Assembly (NCBI RefSeq): GCF_964194025.1
Contig: NC_134470.1
Coordinates: 36,766,001-36,830,000, forward strand
From: Convolutriloba macropyga
Lineage: Eukaryota
Reading direction: 5' to 3'
DNA length: 64,000 nucleotides
Part shown: one piece after another, positions 26,569 to 40,719 of the stretch
Position numbering within the stretch: the stretch's first letter is position 1
Layout of the letters: each line of letters starts with the position of its first letter
The notes under the pieces: model-generated
Database searches by the model: none
Told to the model about the DNA's origin: nothing
What the model saw: the letters and a program-made list of their open reading frames with translations, nothing else
Program-made: the position numbers and the translations under genes

Positions 26569-29500
26569 TTTTGTAAGATTGTTAGAACGGTAAAAACCGA
26601 CAGTTTTTTACCTTTAAATACCAACGAAAGCCGATCAAGACAACGAAAAAAACGAAAGAGCTTTGACCGATCGGTTTTGGCGAAGTAAAACTGCTGAAAA
26701 ACCGACAATTCTTATGTTTGAATCGGACTAAATTGTCTATACGGAATGGAAGAGAAAAAAAAAGAAAAATAGGCATGACAAAACTTTTGATAAGACATAT
26801 TCAAGATTGTATCACGGAAAAATCGAGTATCCTTAAATAGAGTCATCTCTTGGTGCTTTTTAGATATTTCAACAGTTTCAAATTTGCTACAATCACTGAT
26901 AGTAGAAACTGTTCTATAACAATTTAAGCAAAACAACTAAACATACTATTTTCTCTAAGAGCGCATTTCAATCGTAACAAGAATATTTTACCAAGCAATT
27001 TTTAGCAATTGTCGCCAAAACAACTGTGTAATAACAAGGCGAATTTTGTCACGATCCTTATTCAAAATCTAATAAACAATCTTTGCTAATTTTAACCGTA
27101 TTGTTCTGGATAAAAAACTAATCGGGCAAATCATTCAATGCTTTTCATTTTCTACTGATGAAAAACAGGGCACTTAGTCAAACAGATTTAAAAGTATAGT
27201 ACGTTTGGTTTCACCGTAATGAGAATAAACAAGTATTATTTTCCAATAAGCACTTTTTTAAGAAAGCTGAATCACTTATCTGGTTTTAGCATTTTTTCTT
27301 TTTTTCTGCTCTGCTGTTTTTTTCCTTTAATATAAACAAACAATCAAAATGGCTATATTATTGTCTTATATTTCGTTAGTTTTAAGATCACCTGAACTGG
27401 ATAGTAATAATTTAACATTTATTTAAATGTGCTGCTTGAGAGCCGAATAATTAGCATGTTTATTAAAAAAGTTTTCTGTTCTCTATTTCAAAGTTTTCGC
27501 TTATTCTGATGTTGTATAGTTGGACCACAAAAAATCTTTTCATTGTATAGTAAACATTTCTTGTCGCTCATCTCTACGTATTTAATTAGAAGATTTTGTA
27601 TTTGCATTTCATGAGCATCACCAAGTTATTCGCAAATTTAATTTGTAAATGCCCATGAGTGTAATCAAACAGAAACAATTTGTTTTCTTTTGTAGAGATA
27701 TTTTTTTCTTACAAAATGATTGAAATCTTATTGATTTGTTAAAAAATGCCAGCCTGTGAAATGTGATTAAAATTAAATTAAAGCAGGTTCTATTATTTTG
27801 AGTTTCTAATATTCCGTTGCTAACGGAAATGAAAGATTGCATTGCCAAATCTAGTGATGATAAAGATAGTTTTGCATTTAATCTTCTAGACATAGTTTAC
27901 ATTGCAGTTGTTACGACGATCTTGACAAAATGACACATACAATTGTGAAAATTGCACAATTATACGAGCTATGCAATTTTTTTTGAAAAACTGAATATTT
28001 AAAAGAATTTTTTGGAAAAAGAGAGGTGAAACAAATTTTGTCGGTTCAAATTTTAAATTTTAGGAGCTTTTTATAAAACCAACTGCCTTCACAATTTGGT
28101 TCTAAATTTTTGTACTTAAAACAAAGGGCACCTTTCTGTTTAATTGAAACCGGAATTCGCGATAAAAGAGCATTTAAAAAAGCCATCAAAAACATTCAAA
28201 TTACTGTAAATGCAAAAACATCAGTTTATGCACTAACAGCTTTTCGTATTAATAAAGTTATTGAAGATATTTTTGCGAAACATGCGCGCTTTGATAAATA
28301 AAATTTCACTAACGGCTCATTATGAAATCAAATTTTTTAGAATTTTTCTTGCAGAGACGTTTCTATTAGAGATTTCCTCTGCTTACACTCAAATTAAATT
28401 CTCTCAAATAACAGCTGAATTTGGGGCTTTTGGAGGGTTCTATAGATAAGAGTTTGTATGTTACATCTGATTACTTTAAGTAAAAATCCAAACTCCACCA
28501 TTCTCTCTCTCTCTCCATCTCTTACGTTCGAGCTTACGTTCGAATATCAATAAGCCAAGGAGGTGTCATATTTCCAACCTTTGATCAAAACTATTTTAAC
28601 TATTTTACAATATCCAAAAATGTTATATTTTTAAATAGTGTGAAAAGTATATTTATATTTTCCCGAATATTATCTGCGTTTAAACAAATTTCTTTAACTC
28701 TATATCTCATAGAAATGATGACTTTTTGATAATCTCCAGAAAAAATCTGGCGTCATAGCCAAAAAATCATTTTTAAAGTCATTACGTTATCTTTGTTTAT
28801 CAAGGAGAAACATATGATTTTATGATTCTGACAAATTCCAAATTTCATACTTCAATTTTTTAAAACTCATTAGTTTGCAATTTTACACTTTTGCACAGGT
28901 TAACTTCTGTCTACTTCAAAAAATTAGGTGTTTTTATGAAATTGACGCTGATATCTCATGATGATGCAAAAACATTCAAGCTTGTCCTACAAGCAGCAAT
29001 TGTAAAATCGCTGACAAAAATGAATACATCGCGTAAATCGTTATTTTTTGACAAATTAGAAAAATTATGTGGCACAAATCGGCCGATTGATAAGTTTACA
29101 ATTGATGAAAATGTATGGGTGACAATATATCAGTTCAAGCAGGACCATCATTTTGAGATGGTTAAGTACATTACACAATTAAGCTGAAATTATTTTCAAG
29201 ATTTCCATCAGAAATTAAATATTATGCTTGCCCGAAAAGATTGTTCGAAATGGTTTTTTATGCACATTCAGAGTATTGACTGCGTATTATTTGCATTTTC
29301 ACTGGCAGGTGCTGTATTTACATATAATAGTTTGGAGCATGAGGGCACGCTTTTTGTAACTGGGGATGCATAACAAGTCGGCGCCAGTAACGGAAAGATA
29401 CTTTTCTTAAAAATAATTTACCCCTTCCCCTTATTTTTAGGTTTTCACTAAGTGAGAATTTTGTGATTCAAGAGGCCATTTTGAGATTTGATGTAACAGT

Positions 29501-29936
29501 CAATTTTTAAATAATTGAAATTAAGTGCCAAATTGATATATATCTATGTTCATAAGTTTGTTCTACTGCAGTCCCGCCTTCATCGATCGAACAACAAAAC
29601 AGAAACTTCTCAATTCAAAACAGAGCAGACATTCTCTAAAACAATTGTTACTGAAAACACAAACAACAAATTGTTCTAAATCAGTCAATGATCACTGGCG
29701 GTCTTCTAAACTTTAATCTGCTATACAATATTTAGGTTTTTACTAACTTCTAGGTTTATCTTAAGTTCTTATTAAACCCGAACAAGGAGCTTGAGTATAT
29801 TACATTTGAACTCCTCAACTACTTTAAATTACCTTTTTTGTTGTTCATCTCCCCATACACTTTCTGTCATAATAATGTAATGTTGGTTACATTTTTCTGG
29901 TACTTTTACCTGTATGATAGTAATTCAAGTGTCTTT

Positions 29937-29958
29937 TCTCTCTCTCTCTCTCTCTCTC
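29937..29958. repeat. (TC)11 microsatellite
   Basis: Directly visible dinucleotide run. Confidence 0.9.
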
Positions 29959-31598
29959 ATAAAATGGATAGTCTAAACAAGTGTATTCAAAATATGTACA
30001 TCGTATTTTTACGTCATCCAACAGGTCTTTTTAACTTTGAGTTAATAAAATTGATGGAATAAAAAGAATAAAAGCCGGTGTTAATTGGAGTCGAAATATT
30101 TTATCAAGAATTAAAGAGAAAGTTTGTTCTGTCTATCGCGAATAACTTATCCTCAAGGACAGTTATAACTACAGTTTTCTACTGGGGCAAACAGAGCTTT
30201 ACAAATATTTTGTCTACGTCAATTCATCTTAATCATGTTAAATAATCAGCGAGCCTTAGCTGCAGCTTACGATGTTTGCCGCAGCCCGACTTGTTTGCTC
30301 ATCGTTTTAGAATATTTAATTAAAGAATCTCCAAATTATGAGATAAGAATCACCAAGGTTCACGTCATCCCATATTTTGTCAAGGTATATTTTTGTACTT
30401 GCAACTGTACTGGCATGACACACAGAAAATGGTTGATTTCAATAGATGGAGAATTTGTCCAAGTAGAAGCAAAAACTCAGTTTTCAACATGTCGGTATCC
30501 AAATCAATTTAACAATGTTTGTATGCACAGTTTAACTGCTTCTAATTCTTGAATTTTGCGTTTACCACTCTGCCTAGGGAAAGCTTACACTGGTTGAGGT
30601 CCCAAATCGAAGCTACCAATGAGCAGCAAACACCTGCGCAGCGAGCTATCCAATTACATACTCTGGAAAAGTCTTCGAGCGTACAAAAGTCTTGCCAGAG
30701 GTCAGGAAGTTGTCTGATTAGACGTCATTTCGGGCTGCGACATCAACCTTGTTAGAGATACTCTATTGGCCAAAAAATTTCCTATTTGGATCTGCATTTT
30801 AAAAAACTCGGTTTTTTCGATAGGAATCATGCGATTGGTTTGTTGAATTTTCCAGAAAAACTTTCAAAAGTATTCATCTCAAATTCTGCTGTAATTTCAG
30901 GAGAAAAAAATCTGAGGGCCAGCCTTAAGTGTTTTTAAGATGAAATTATCTTTATAATTGAAAAAATGGAAAATAGTTCTTCAGTAATTGAGTGGTTTGC
31001 TAAAAAGTGTTTTTTAGTTCTCAAAAATTCCAGTCTCTCTACCAAAATGGTGGGAAGAGTAAGATTCTTGACAGTCAATTGAGGTCTTCAGTTTTTTTCA
31101 ACTCGTTTGTACAATTTTGACGTCTGATTTTAAGGCAGAATACAATTATTGAGGCAAAGTATGATGTTGCAATACGCAAACCAATATTTTTGGTTCTCGC
31201 AAAATTTAAGAAGAGAAAAACGGCACATTACAAAAGCATGCGATAGAAAAGTAATATTTCCATAACTTTGTCAAACGTACAATTTAATCGAGTAAACTTA
31301 CTCGAAAATGTAAGCCTTAGTTGCAAAAATGTTTTAAGATTACGTTTATAAGCGTCTGTAGTCAAGAGTGACAGTGGGAAAAACTAGCTCAAATTCGCTC
31401 AAAATTGAAAAAATCGGTCACATTTATCCACGTTTCTGAAATTTTGGAAACTGTGAGTAAATTTGACGGAATTTTATCACTATTATCCAATCTGTGTATA
31501 TCTTTTGTGACTGCATAGTTACAAATCATACCCATATGGATGGACAGTGTTTGAGGGAAATCAAATTCAAGCCCCGTTAGGGACTTACTGAGCTTGGT

Positions 31599-31880
31599 NN
31601 NNNNNNNNNNNNNNNNNNNNNNNNNNNNNNNNNNNNNNNNNNNNNNNNNNNNNNNNNNNNNNNNNNNNNNNNNNNNNNNNNNNNNNNNNNNNNNNNNNNN
31701 NNNNNNNNNNNNNNNNNNNNNNNNNNNNNNNNNNNNNNNNNNNNNNNNNNNNNNNNNNNNNNNNNNNNNNNNNNNNNNNNNNNNNNNNNNNNNNNNNNNN
31801 NNNNNNNNNNNNNNNNNNNNNNNNNNNNNNNNNNNNNNNNNNNNNNNNNNNNNNNNNNNNNNNNNNNNNNNNNNNNNNNN
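31599..31880. other. Assembly gap (282 N)
   Basis: Run of N. The ORFs spanning it are artefacts. Confidence 1.
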
Positions 31881-34810
31881 ACATTTATTCACAATTCAAG
31901 TTTTGAAAATGTCAATGAAAATGACATTGGAACGTCACATATGTCCATAACAGGCCAAAATTTCTAAAAATGTACGTTTGGCGGCGTAATGTCCTCCTAT
32001 GAAAGATTTCTGAAAAGAAAAATAAAAAAAAATATTCGAAACATCAGAAAAAATGAACAAATTATTCAACTAAGCATATAGGTAGAGAATTCAGTCGGAG
32101 TATGATAGGGAAATTTGGTATAATAGGGATAATAGAGAGTTACGAAGAATCCTATTGCGTTTTAAATGTCAACGGAAAATCTTTGTTCATTTATAAAACT
32201 GGTTAATCCGCTAAAGCAATAAAAGTTTCGTCAAATTGGCAATCCGGGACCACGCTTTGTCAACAGCTTGCGTTGTGTCCATCATATTTAGGAGCTCACT
32301 TTTATCGCTAATTTTAATTATTTTGACGCGCTCTCTAATGCTCTTAACACTTCTTCACTAAACAACTTTTAAATGCTTGAATGATCTAATTTGTACATAA
32401 ACCAAAAATTCATATTTTCTTTTGAAAACTTCGAATCTATTATGCTTTTTGCATGGACTGTGAAATGAATCAGAACTGATTGTGTAAGCTAAATTCAGGA
32501 ACGAAAACAGTTGTCAGAGCTAATTGTACGTGTTTGAGCAGCACTACTGATATAGCTTCTTTATTAATGAAATATTATGACTCGGTACTGGTTTACTATG
32601 ACACTAGAGTCAGGGTAGGCAATCACAACAGCAACAGTCGAAGTGACCGTGTTTGATGTCCAGTTCAACTTTTATTTTAGCTTATTTTGGTGCTGGCACC
32701 TCGACCCGGGACACTCTAGTTTCTGGAGACAGCCCTGACCGAGTTTTCACCCTGAATACACCCCTAATTGGCGGTGATTAGGGTGTAATGCTTATTCCAC
32801 TCCTATTTATTGGGGAAAATAGGGTGATTTTTATAAATTACACTGTATATACACTCTTTTTTCACTCTTTGGAGAGTGTTATTTAAGGTGGACTGAAAAA
32901 ACACACAATTATCATTATGATCAAATTGAAACGTAAAGTGCTAGTTTCAGTTGGCGCGAGGGTTAATGCACAAAGTGAGAGTAAACGGTTCGCCAGAGGG
33001 ATGATGGGAAGATCAATCCTCACTACCTGCTTCCATTTTTATTTTTAAAATTACACTCTTCCACCATTAATTAAGCGGAGAAATAGTGGTGTAATTTTTT
33101 TTGTTTTTACTCTGTTTACACTCTTTTCCACGTTATTTTTGAGGAAAATCCTCGGCCCGGGAGATTGTAACAATAGGGGGGCGTAAATAGTACTATTTGC
33201 GGTTACGAATATCGACACGGCATGTGATACAAGACTGATGGAAACTTTGCGTGCAAATTCGCGTTACCGATCCTTTCTCATTAGAATAAATGAAAAACAA
33301 AATTTGGTAGCACCAAAACATCCCCCGCACCAAACTTAAAACCTACCAAATGATTAATAGATAAAAAAAGGAGGAGACAAATGTATCCGGTCAAAAACTG
33401 CGAACTTCTGTGGCAGTTGTTGTCATTGAGGCAAAATAACAACTCACAACAACAACAACATCATCACAGACTAATATATAATTTGGGGAATGCTTAGACA
33501 AAATAATCGCATTATGCTAACTTAATAGGGGTTGCCTATTGAATTTATGCGCATCGAGAGTAAACAAAACGAAGGATTATTTGTGTTTATTTTTTTAAAA
33601 GAGGGAGAGATAAGTTAGATATATATAAAGGAAATATATATTTTAGCAATCGCGTTCAATTTAGCGACACAGTTAGTATAGCTAAGGCGTGTTGGGGGAA
33701 GTTCGGAATTTATAAAGGCTATAAAACTCTACCAGATGGCATAAGAGACCCTCAAAAGCCACCAAAAATTCGTTAATTTATCTGGCTTAAGCGACGGCAA
33801 AATTTTACAGTTCATCTAAAGAGAGCCGCATTACCACATAATTCATGCGCAAGTTGTGTTAGTAGCACATGCGTTTTGAACTAGCGTGACCGCAAATTTG
33901 ATCAGGAATGAAAAATAACCTTTATTGACAAATTTCAATTGCTCTCCAAAAATTCTTTTCCCTTTTAATCTTTGTAAAACATTTCAAAAAAGAATTGATT
34001 AATGGTTCGAGGACGAGCTGCTCCCTATTAAAAGACATAAGCGCAAAATTTTGCCTGCAATGTATTAAAAGCAAAAATACGTGTGTAAAACTACAGAGCC
34101 GCATTAACATTTTCCTTAAAATGTTAAGGTAATACCTATGGATAGCATTTGGGTGACATTTCGACATGTAACTATTCGATAGAGGTACCAGGACCTATCG
34201 CTCAGTGAAAATCAGTTCTGAACCTTGAAAAATCATTCTGGATTTTTAAGCTGGGCATGATTCTGATCATGTCACTTTTAAAAATTTACACAGAAAGGAG
34301 CAGACTAAGACCCGCGTTTAGAAAATGTGATGAAACCGACGAGAAAAGCGTCGCTGTTGGACGGGTTTTTTGGTTTAATCGGTTCTGCCAGAAAGAAGGG
34401 TCGGGTCAGTTAATATTGTTTTAGTGTCATTCAATGGGTATTTAATATAAGGGTCAAATATTATGAGATCTCGTGTTACCAATTTCGTCGGTCTTGTTTT
34501 AGGGAACGTCAATTATCAATGGTTTTTGTCGAAATCGTCGATCCTGTTAAAAATCCGCCGTTTACCGTGACATAGTTAAAACTTGAACTTCAAATCATAA
34601 AGATCTAACAACATGTTGACTTAAACGACCGGTAATCGTAACCCAAAAGGTTCCCCTTTTAAGTGAAGGTCCTATTAATATCTTCGTAACATATACACAA
34701 AAATGTGCCACAAAAAATAAGCAGTCTAATCTTTGTATCTGTGAGTGATTTAATACAAGAAGAAAGAATTAAACATCCCGGGGTCTAAACAGGTGAAAAC
34801 AGTGTTAAAA

Positions 34811-34875
34811 TGGACTCGTATGGATTCGAACCAGCATCTGTGAAAGATTTTTTATGCTAACCATTACACCAACTT
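34811..34875 (-). pseudogene. tRNA-derived/SINE-head-like sequence (degenerate)
   Basis: Minus strand reads tggtgtaatggttagcat...gctggttcgaatccatacgagtcca: a tRNA D-arm/A-box and a perfect B box. The anticodon arm and acceptor stem are not intact. Confidence 0.5.
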
Positions 34876-36759
34876 GTTTTTTGCTCTCGAAATTGGATAT
34901 CTCCAATAACCCTTCTCTTGTTCCTCGTTTTCATCCCTTTATCCAAGTATACGTTGAAGAAGCAGAGCTCCTTGTCAAGCTATGTCCACTTTATCTTATG
35001 CACGATCTTCAAAAGATTGTTCTCTCACATGCTTCTAACTTTAGTGGTCGATATATGAACGCCAAATTAAGATGACCATTAACTTGCCGGAAAAACTAAA
35101 AGTTCTTTACTGAAAACTGTTTGAAAATTCAAGAATAAAAAATTCTGCAGATCGCACTTCTCGAAAAGTTTTATTAAATTTCAATTGATTATTTAACAGT
35201 TCCTCGTCTGAAGATATTTTCAATATTTTCAGATTTGTAAGGCAAACTCAACTCTTCAAACAATGAAAACCAAGGAATGTTTACGCTGTAATCGTACAGT
35301 GGGACTGCAGGACAGTTAAGTTGTATAAACTTATAAGTTGAACGTCAAACTTGCACAATCTTGCCAGTTGAAAAGTGTATTTTTAAAAATATAAGAGTTT
35401 TCAGGACAAACGATTTATCAAATAAGGACTAGCAACTGGAGGGCTTGTTTGTAAAGTTCCTGTAAGTTTGTTCCAATCGGGCTTGCTTGGTTATTTTCAG
35501 GTGCACTTTCGTTGTTGAATGCAAAATGTTCACAAGTGAAGAAATTGTTGCGTTTTTAAAGTAATCTTTCAGGAAAAAACTGCCGATCTGAAGAAACCTT
35601 CTTTGTTTTCGTCAGCTAACTAAACACTTAATGTTAAGTAAGTTTTTTCCCCGTTAACTTTGATTAAACTTGTCCAAAGATGTTCAAGTGTTTCCTACAG
35701 AGTTAAATGATTTATTTCACTAGTTTTTTGAAACCATCTGGTTGAATCGTGCTGTACTTAAAAATATTTTGTGCTTTTTTGTTAATTCTTCAGCATTTTA
35801 GGTATAACGTCTTTTAGGTATAACGTATAGCATCTTTTCAAAAATTGAAGCGTTAACAAAAAAATTCGACAAAACATATTTTTCGAGATGATGGGATGGT
35901 TTGAATAAGTTATTTGATGGTTTTCCAATAATAATTTAAGAGTGTAATAAAAAAACATTAAAAATTTGCTCTCAAAGAGTTTTGAATGATTAATTGCTCT
36001 CAAATAACATTTGTAGCGACTATAATAGTCTGGTCTTTTTTGTTTTTCGGTTCTGAAAATTTTTCCAATTTTTTGTCCGATCGTTCTTGTCGTCTGGCCA
36101 TTTGACATTTAGTTGTCAAAAACGGGATAAAGGGTAGAAGACCGGAGGACATTGAATTATCTTAGGGCTTTGCGGCTGACTAGTTTTTTTACATAGGTGA
36201 TTCATATCTATGCCGACGTATAAGTGTGCCAATAATAAGCGTGCCAAAGATTTATTCAATTTCTCATCCGATGAAATTCTAAACTAATCACTTTAACTGA
36301 AATAACAAGAAAAATTGTGAAGTAATGAAAATGAAGTGATGAGATTTTGAATTTTTTTAAATCATCGGTACAGGTTGAATTGAGTGAGATAACTTTTCAG
36401 CCATCAATGATATATCCAGTTCATGGTCATGCATTTGTGGCCTGCGGGATTGGATATGAATCTATCAAAACTGAATTAGTGATCATGTGCCTTGGTCGCT
36501 TTGATAATCAAAGAGTTTCTGCACTCTTAAGCGTGGCGCTAGTATTACCTGGGCATAATTGTAGGTAATCCTAACAGTTAAGATAGTATCATTAGACCGA
36601 AACAAAATAAAAATTAACTGGTGAATAATTTCAGGAATGTTCTTAGCGATAATAATTATCGAGAGAGAAGACAATTTAAATTGTCGGTTTTCCAATTACC
36701 CATATAATCGGTCACACAAACAATTAATTTATTCAATTTGGTCAGTTAATTGAATTTCG

Positions 36760-37710
36760 ATACCTAATTAATGCCAATAACTGATCGTTCAACTTTGCTG
36801 AAAAACAAAATATTTCGCTTGATTTATTCAAATAACTCAAATATATATAACAAAGACCAATTAATCGAAAAATTAAAGGCTTTAAAAAATCTCTCAAAAC
36901 ATAGGATCTATTTGAATAAAAACTCTCATTCCTAGGAACATTAAGTAGGCCCACAGTCTGGTGTACATATAAAAAAGCCAAAAATGTGTTTATGTGGCTA
37001 CCTTTTTATTTTATACCCAATCTCAATATATCGGCCAAATCAGAAGCGCACGAGAATTTCAAAAGAAGCCTTCAGAATTGGACCACTTTAAAATCAAATC
37101 TGAGCTAAAATCAACAATTTATATATACTATACCTCAATATCAAAAATTTGAGATTTTCATAGTCAATTTTTTTTCAATCAGTCAAAGTTAATGTGAGCT
37201 GTACAAACACAAATTTGATCTACAGGAATAAGCCACAACACAAACCAATAAACTGTTCAAAGATTCTGCTGCAATACGCACTGTATGCCAAAAAAAATTA
37301 ACGAGTTTCAACTGCTGATTTTTATGAGCTATCAAATTCCTTTTATGCTGCTAGTGGGTTTACATATCAAAATTGCCTTTTTGATTAGCAGTAGATAAGA
37401 ATGTAGACTTAATGTGAACAGTTTGCCTCTTTGTCGATTTTTCAGTGTCATAGGAAGTTTACCATATGGTAGTTTTGTCAAATAATCTGTATCAATTTGA
37501 GTTTCATTCGCAAAACAATCATAAAGAATCTTATGCAATTATGTAATGATGTATTCAAGTCGTTTTTACTTCGCAGTACCGTTTTGCTGATTGTGAAGGT
37601 AGTTCAAGTTTGAATTCTGTTTTGACTTCATGTATGTTAATCACCTACTAAAATTAGTTACTGAATATTTACTTTGACAAAAGTGAACAAATCATTTTGG
37701 CTTCGATAGA
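36760..37710 (-). mobile_element. Old solo-LTR relic related to the BEL/Pao LTRs
   Basis: Colinear patches shared with LTR 39475-40692: ctttgctgaa (36792 vs 39665), tgatctacag (37217 vs 40103), caatacgcactgtatg (37272 vs 40160), aattaacgagtttcaactg (37296 vs 40193), tcagtagaatgtagca-like (~37705 vs ~40580). Boundaries approximate. Confidence 0.6.
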
Positions 37711-38979
37711 GTGTAGCAACCTTAAAAATTAACCGATTAAAAATTGTGCAACCTTAAGATTGGTAGTCTGTTATTGGAGAATTAAAAGTGTTAAGTTGAA
37801 TGCTCTCCAAAACGTATTCGACTGAAGGCAGTCATCGGTTGGCAAGTAAATTTGGCTTTAAATTGATAGGACAGTCTATTTCAGAAAATTTCTTAAGCTT
37901 GAAAACTGAACATACCGAAGAATTTGGCTCAAAACTGAACATGCCAAAACCTTCTAACAAAAATCTCAATATTTTCGCACGAATCAAACCGAAAAATAAA
38001 AATTTCTTACAATTTCTTTGTGTTTTTGTTTGTCGGCTTTTCTTCGTCTCTGCTTTTCTCAAAAAAAAATCTTTTTCCCGATTATTTAATGAAACGCGGA
38101 CACCTGCATAAATTTCAGTGAAAGATTGATTGGCGGATGCTTTTACTTGCAGTATCCGACTCGGCTTACTGGATTTCAAAGTTAGGTATATGTACACAAT
38201 TTAAATTCATCCAAAATTTTTCAGCCAATCGCTCAAATAAATAATTGAATGGTATAAACTTTGTTGGATGCTCGTTCTGCAATTTGAAATCATCTTGTCC
38301 CAAAGAAACGAGGCCGGCGCTTCGCCGGATGCCCCGTTCAAATCAGTTTCCGGATGCAATAAACTTCGCTGACATTTATCGTTCAAGTGAAAAACTTTGT
38401 GCTTTTTTTGTTGAAACTATCTGCCAAAAATAAGAGGCTACCATATTACAAAAATACATATCAGTCGGTTACAAATTAGGATAGCAAAACAACAGTAGTT
38501 ATTTTTCAGCCTCAAATTAAATTTTAGTAATTCTTAGTTTTCATTCTGATTAATTATTATTAATTTTCCCCACTCTTTGTCGGTTTATGACATTTTATCA
38601 TAATTAGAACTGCTCGGCTAACTACACTCGTTGACAAACGTAAACGCAGTAAATGCATATAATGTAATTATACATTGTAAACAGCCTGTTTCTGAAGTCT
38701 ATTTTAGTTAATATAACTTTGTTCGGTTCTTATGACTCTATTTATATCAATTGACGCATAATCATCAGACGTTTAAAAATCCAATTGTGGATGAATTGAC
38801 AAGCTTACATACAGAGAAAATCCAGCTAGAAGTTGGCCAGTTTTCCGAACAAAGTGATAATTGACTAAATGTGGCTTCAAAAAAAGGCAGTTTACCATGT
38901 ACAATTTAATTTTATGCGTTTACTTTTGTCAACGAGTATGTATATTTCAAGAATCATTGAAATTAAAAAGGCCAATGAT

Positions 38980-39264
38980 ATGGAAAGATTTGTTCACGGA
39001 ATAATATTGACAGAGCTCAGGACAAAACGAGGTCAAGAAAAGTTTCCACTAAGTTATTCTCCAGTTCACGTTTTTCTTGTCTTCACTGTTGCCCTTCATT
39101 TAACAAATTGCTCTTCATTCCAAATTGAGTGGTCGAGGCATTACCACGAGTGTCCCTGTTTGAGGAACGTGGATATGGCAATGAAGACCTTTGATGCTAA
39201 GACCCTGGACAGCTGTTTCACTGGCTGTATGGCAACTGACGGATGCCACGCATTCTCCTACTGC
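38980..39264 (+). CDS. PAN/apple + GON domain protein, exon 1 (hydrophobic leader + PAN-like Cys motif)
   Basis: MERFVHG..VHVFLVFTVALHLTNCSS (signal/anchor-like), then TLDSCFTGCMATDGCHAFSYC, the PAN C-x3-C-x5-C-x-a/sF-x-Y pattern. Strong donor TGC|gtaagc, phase 0. The start codon choice is uncertain. Confidence 0.7.
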
Positions 39265-39474
39265 GTAAGCCAACATAGAATTGACAATGGTAATAAATCC
39301 AATATCCCATGATCAGTGTTCAAGCTCAGGTGTCCAAGATAATTCAGCGTTTAATTTTGCGGTAAGGGCGCTGAAGAGCAAGAATTCAGCGTTGATTCAG
39401 CGCATTTTGCCGTAATCTTTTTACAGCTGTTTTCAACGCTTCCCAAATTTTTTTTAACGCAATGTCAGCCATCT

Positions 39475-40692
39475 TGTAACGGCTGCTCTCCTATCAAAGC
39501 CAAGGAAAACTTTACACCGCTCAGTTCGTTTCAGCGGTTTCAAATCTGTCCGGATATTGTGTTTTTGCAGTTAAATTTTGTGAACTGTATTATCCGCTAT
39601 ACTGTTTATCAGCTTACCGTTGCATTACTTGTTGCTCAATTACTCTTGATAACTAATTGCTCAGCTTTGCTGAATAACAAACTTGTTTCTCTCAGAATTA
39701 CAAAATAATTCAAATGAAACAATCAGTTTTGTCAATAACTCAAAATGCAAATCGAAATTTCAAATTATCTCGAAGTACAGTCCTTAGTAATAGACTTATT
39801 AACTATTTGAAACAATAATTAACTTGATTAATCAAGTGAGAAAAACGCACAAACGCAAACAAAATTGTTAACTGATTTTCCAATTATTCGTTTTAACAAC
39901 TTATTTCTAGTCTTCAATTGGCCTCAATAACACCATTATTGAAACCATGCTAGGCTTTGATATCGCCAGTAAAAGCAACTGACTTTGCACTTAGTTTCTC
40001 TTACTTAAGAACTTTGTTCCTCAGAAAGAAAGTTTTGAGAATATCAAAGTTATTTCTCTTTTCAACAAGTCAAAGTTAAGTTATACTGTACAATCACTTA
40101 TATGATCTACAGAAACAAGACACGATAACAAGTAAATTATCGCTCAAGAAAATGTGCTTCAATACGCACTGTATGTCAGTTTAGTGAGACTAAATTAACG
40201 AGTTTCAACTGGTTTTTGGTAGTTTTTCAAACTCAGCTCGATTTATACTGCCGTCCGTACATTTCAAAATTGCATCTCTGATTACTATGTCGTAAGATTC
40301 TCTGAATTCACTGAAGCTGGGGTTCGGTATACCGTATACGGTGCGCCGCACTCTCTGAATTGGTAGGAAAACCGCAAAATTCATCGATTCTGGCTTACCA
40401 AATTGGGTATCTCTTACTCCGTCCGAGCTAAATTTGCGTGATAGTGAACACTTGAATACATGGCAATAATAGTGTAGTTAGAATTAGAGGTTCAGTTTTA
40501 CATCATGTGTGAAGATTACGTACTAATGATAGTTACGGAATATAAATATTGAACAAAATGAACAAATCCGTTTGACTTCAGTAGAATGTAGCATTAAATT
40601 TCGTTTGTCATGCTATTCTAAATTGGACTGCTTGAAATGACCTTGAAGCGCTATTCAATTTGGTTACTGTGTTAGTAAGCTCAGCCGCCACA
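39475..40692 (-). repeat. 3' LTR of the BEL/Pao element
   Basis: tgtaacggctgctctcc...gctcagccgccaca, a direct repeat of 46445-47684 with substitutions and indels. Confidence 0.93.
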
Positions 40693-40710
40693 CCGCCGGC
40701 CCTGTTTTCC
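40693..40710 (-). promoter_or_regulatory. Polypurine tract
   Basis: ggaaaacagggccggcgg on the minus strand, immediately before the TG of the 3' LTR. Confidence 0.75.
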
Positions 40711-40719
40711 ATAGCGAGA

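Noticed and set aside
30235-30755. Two candidate exons separated by a 57-bp GT-AG intron
   Set aside because: Every phase combination contains a stop and no domain was recognised. It could still be a pseudogene.
31389-31950. ORFs of 99-167 aa
   Set aside because: Artefacts of translating the N gap.
35980-36160. Repeat shared with ~51640-51790 upstream of exon-like sequences, suggesting a duplicated gene segment
   Set aside because: The downstream exon-like sequences are unrelated. Most simply an ordinary dispersed repeat.
36401-36564. Candidate exon (ttttcag..gtaatc) with a sushi-like Cys pattern
   Set aside because: Isolated, the motif is too weak, and no partner exon was found.
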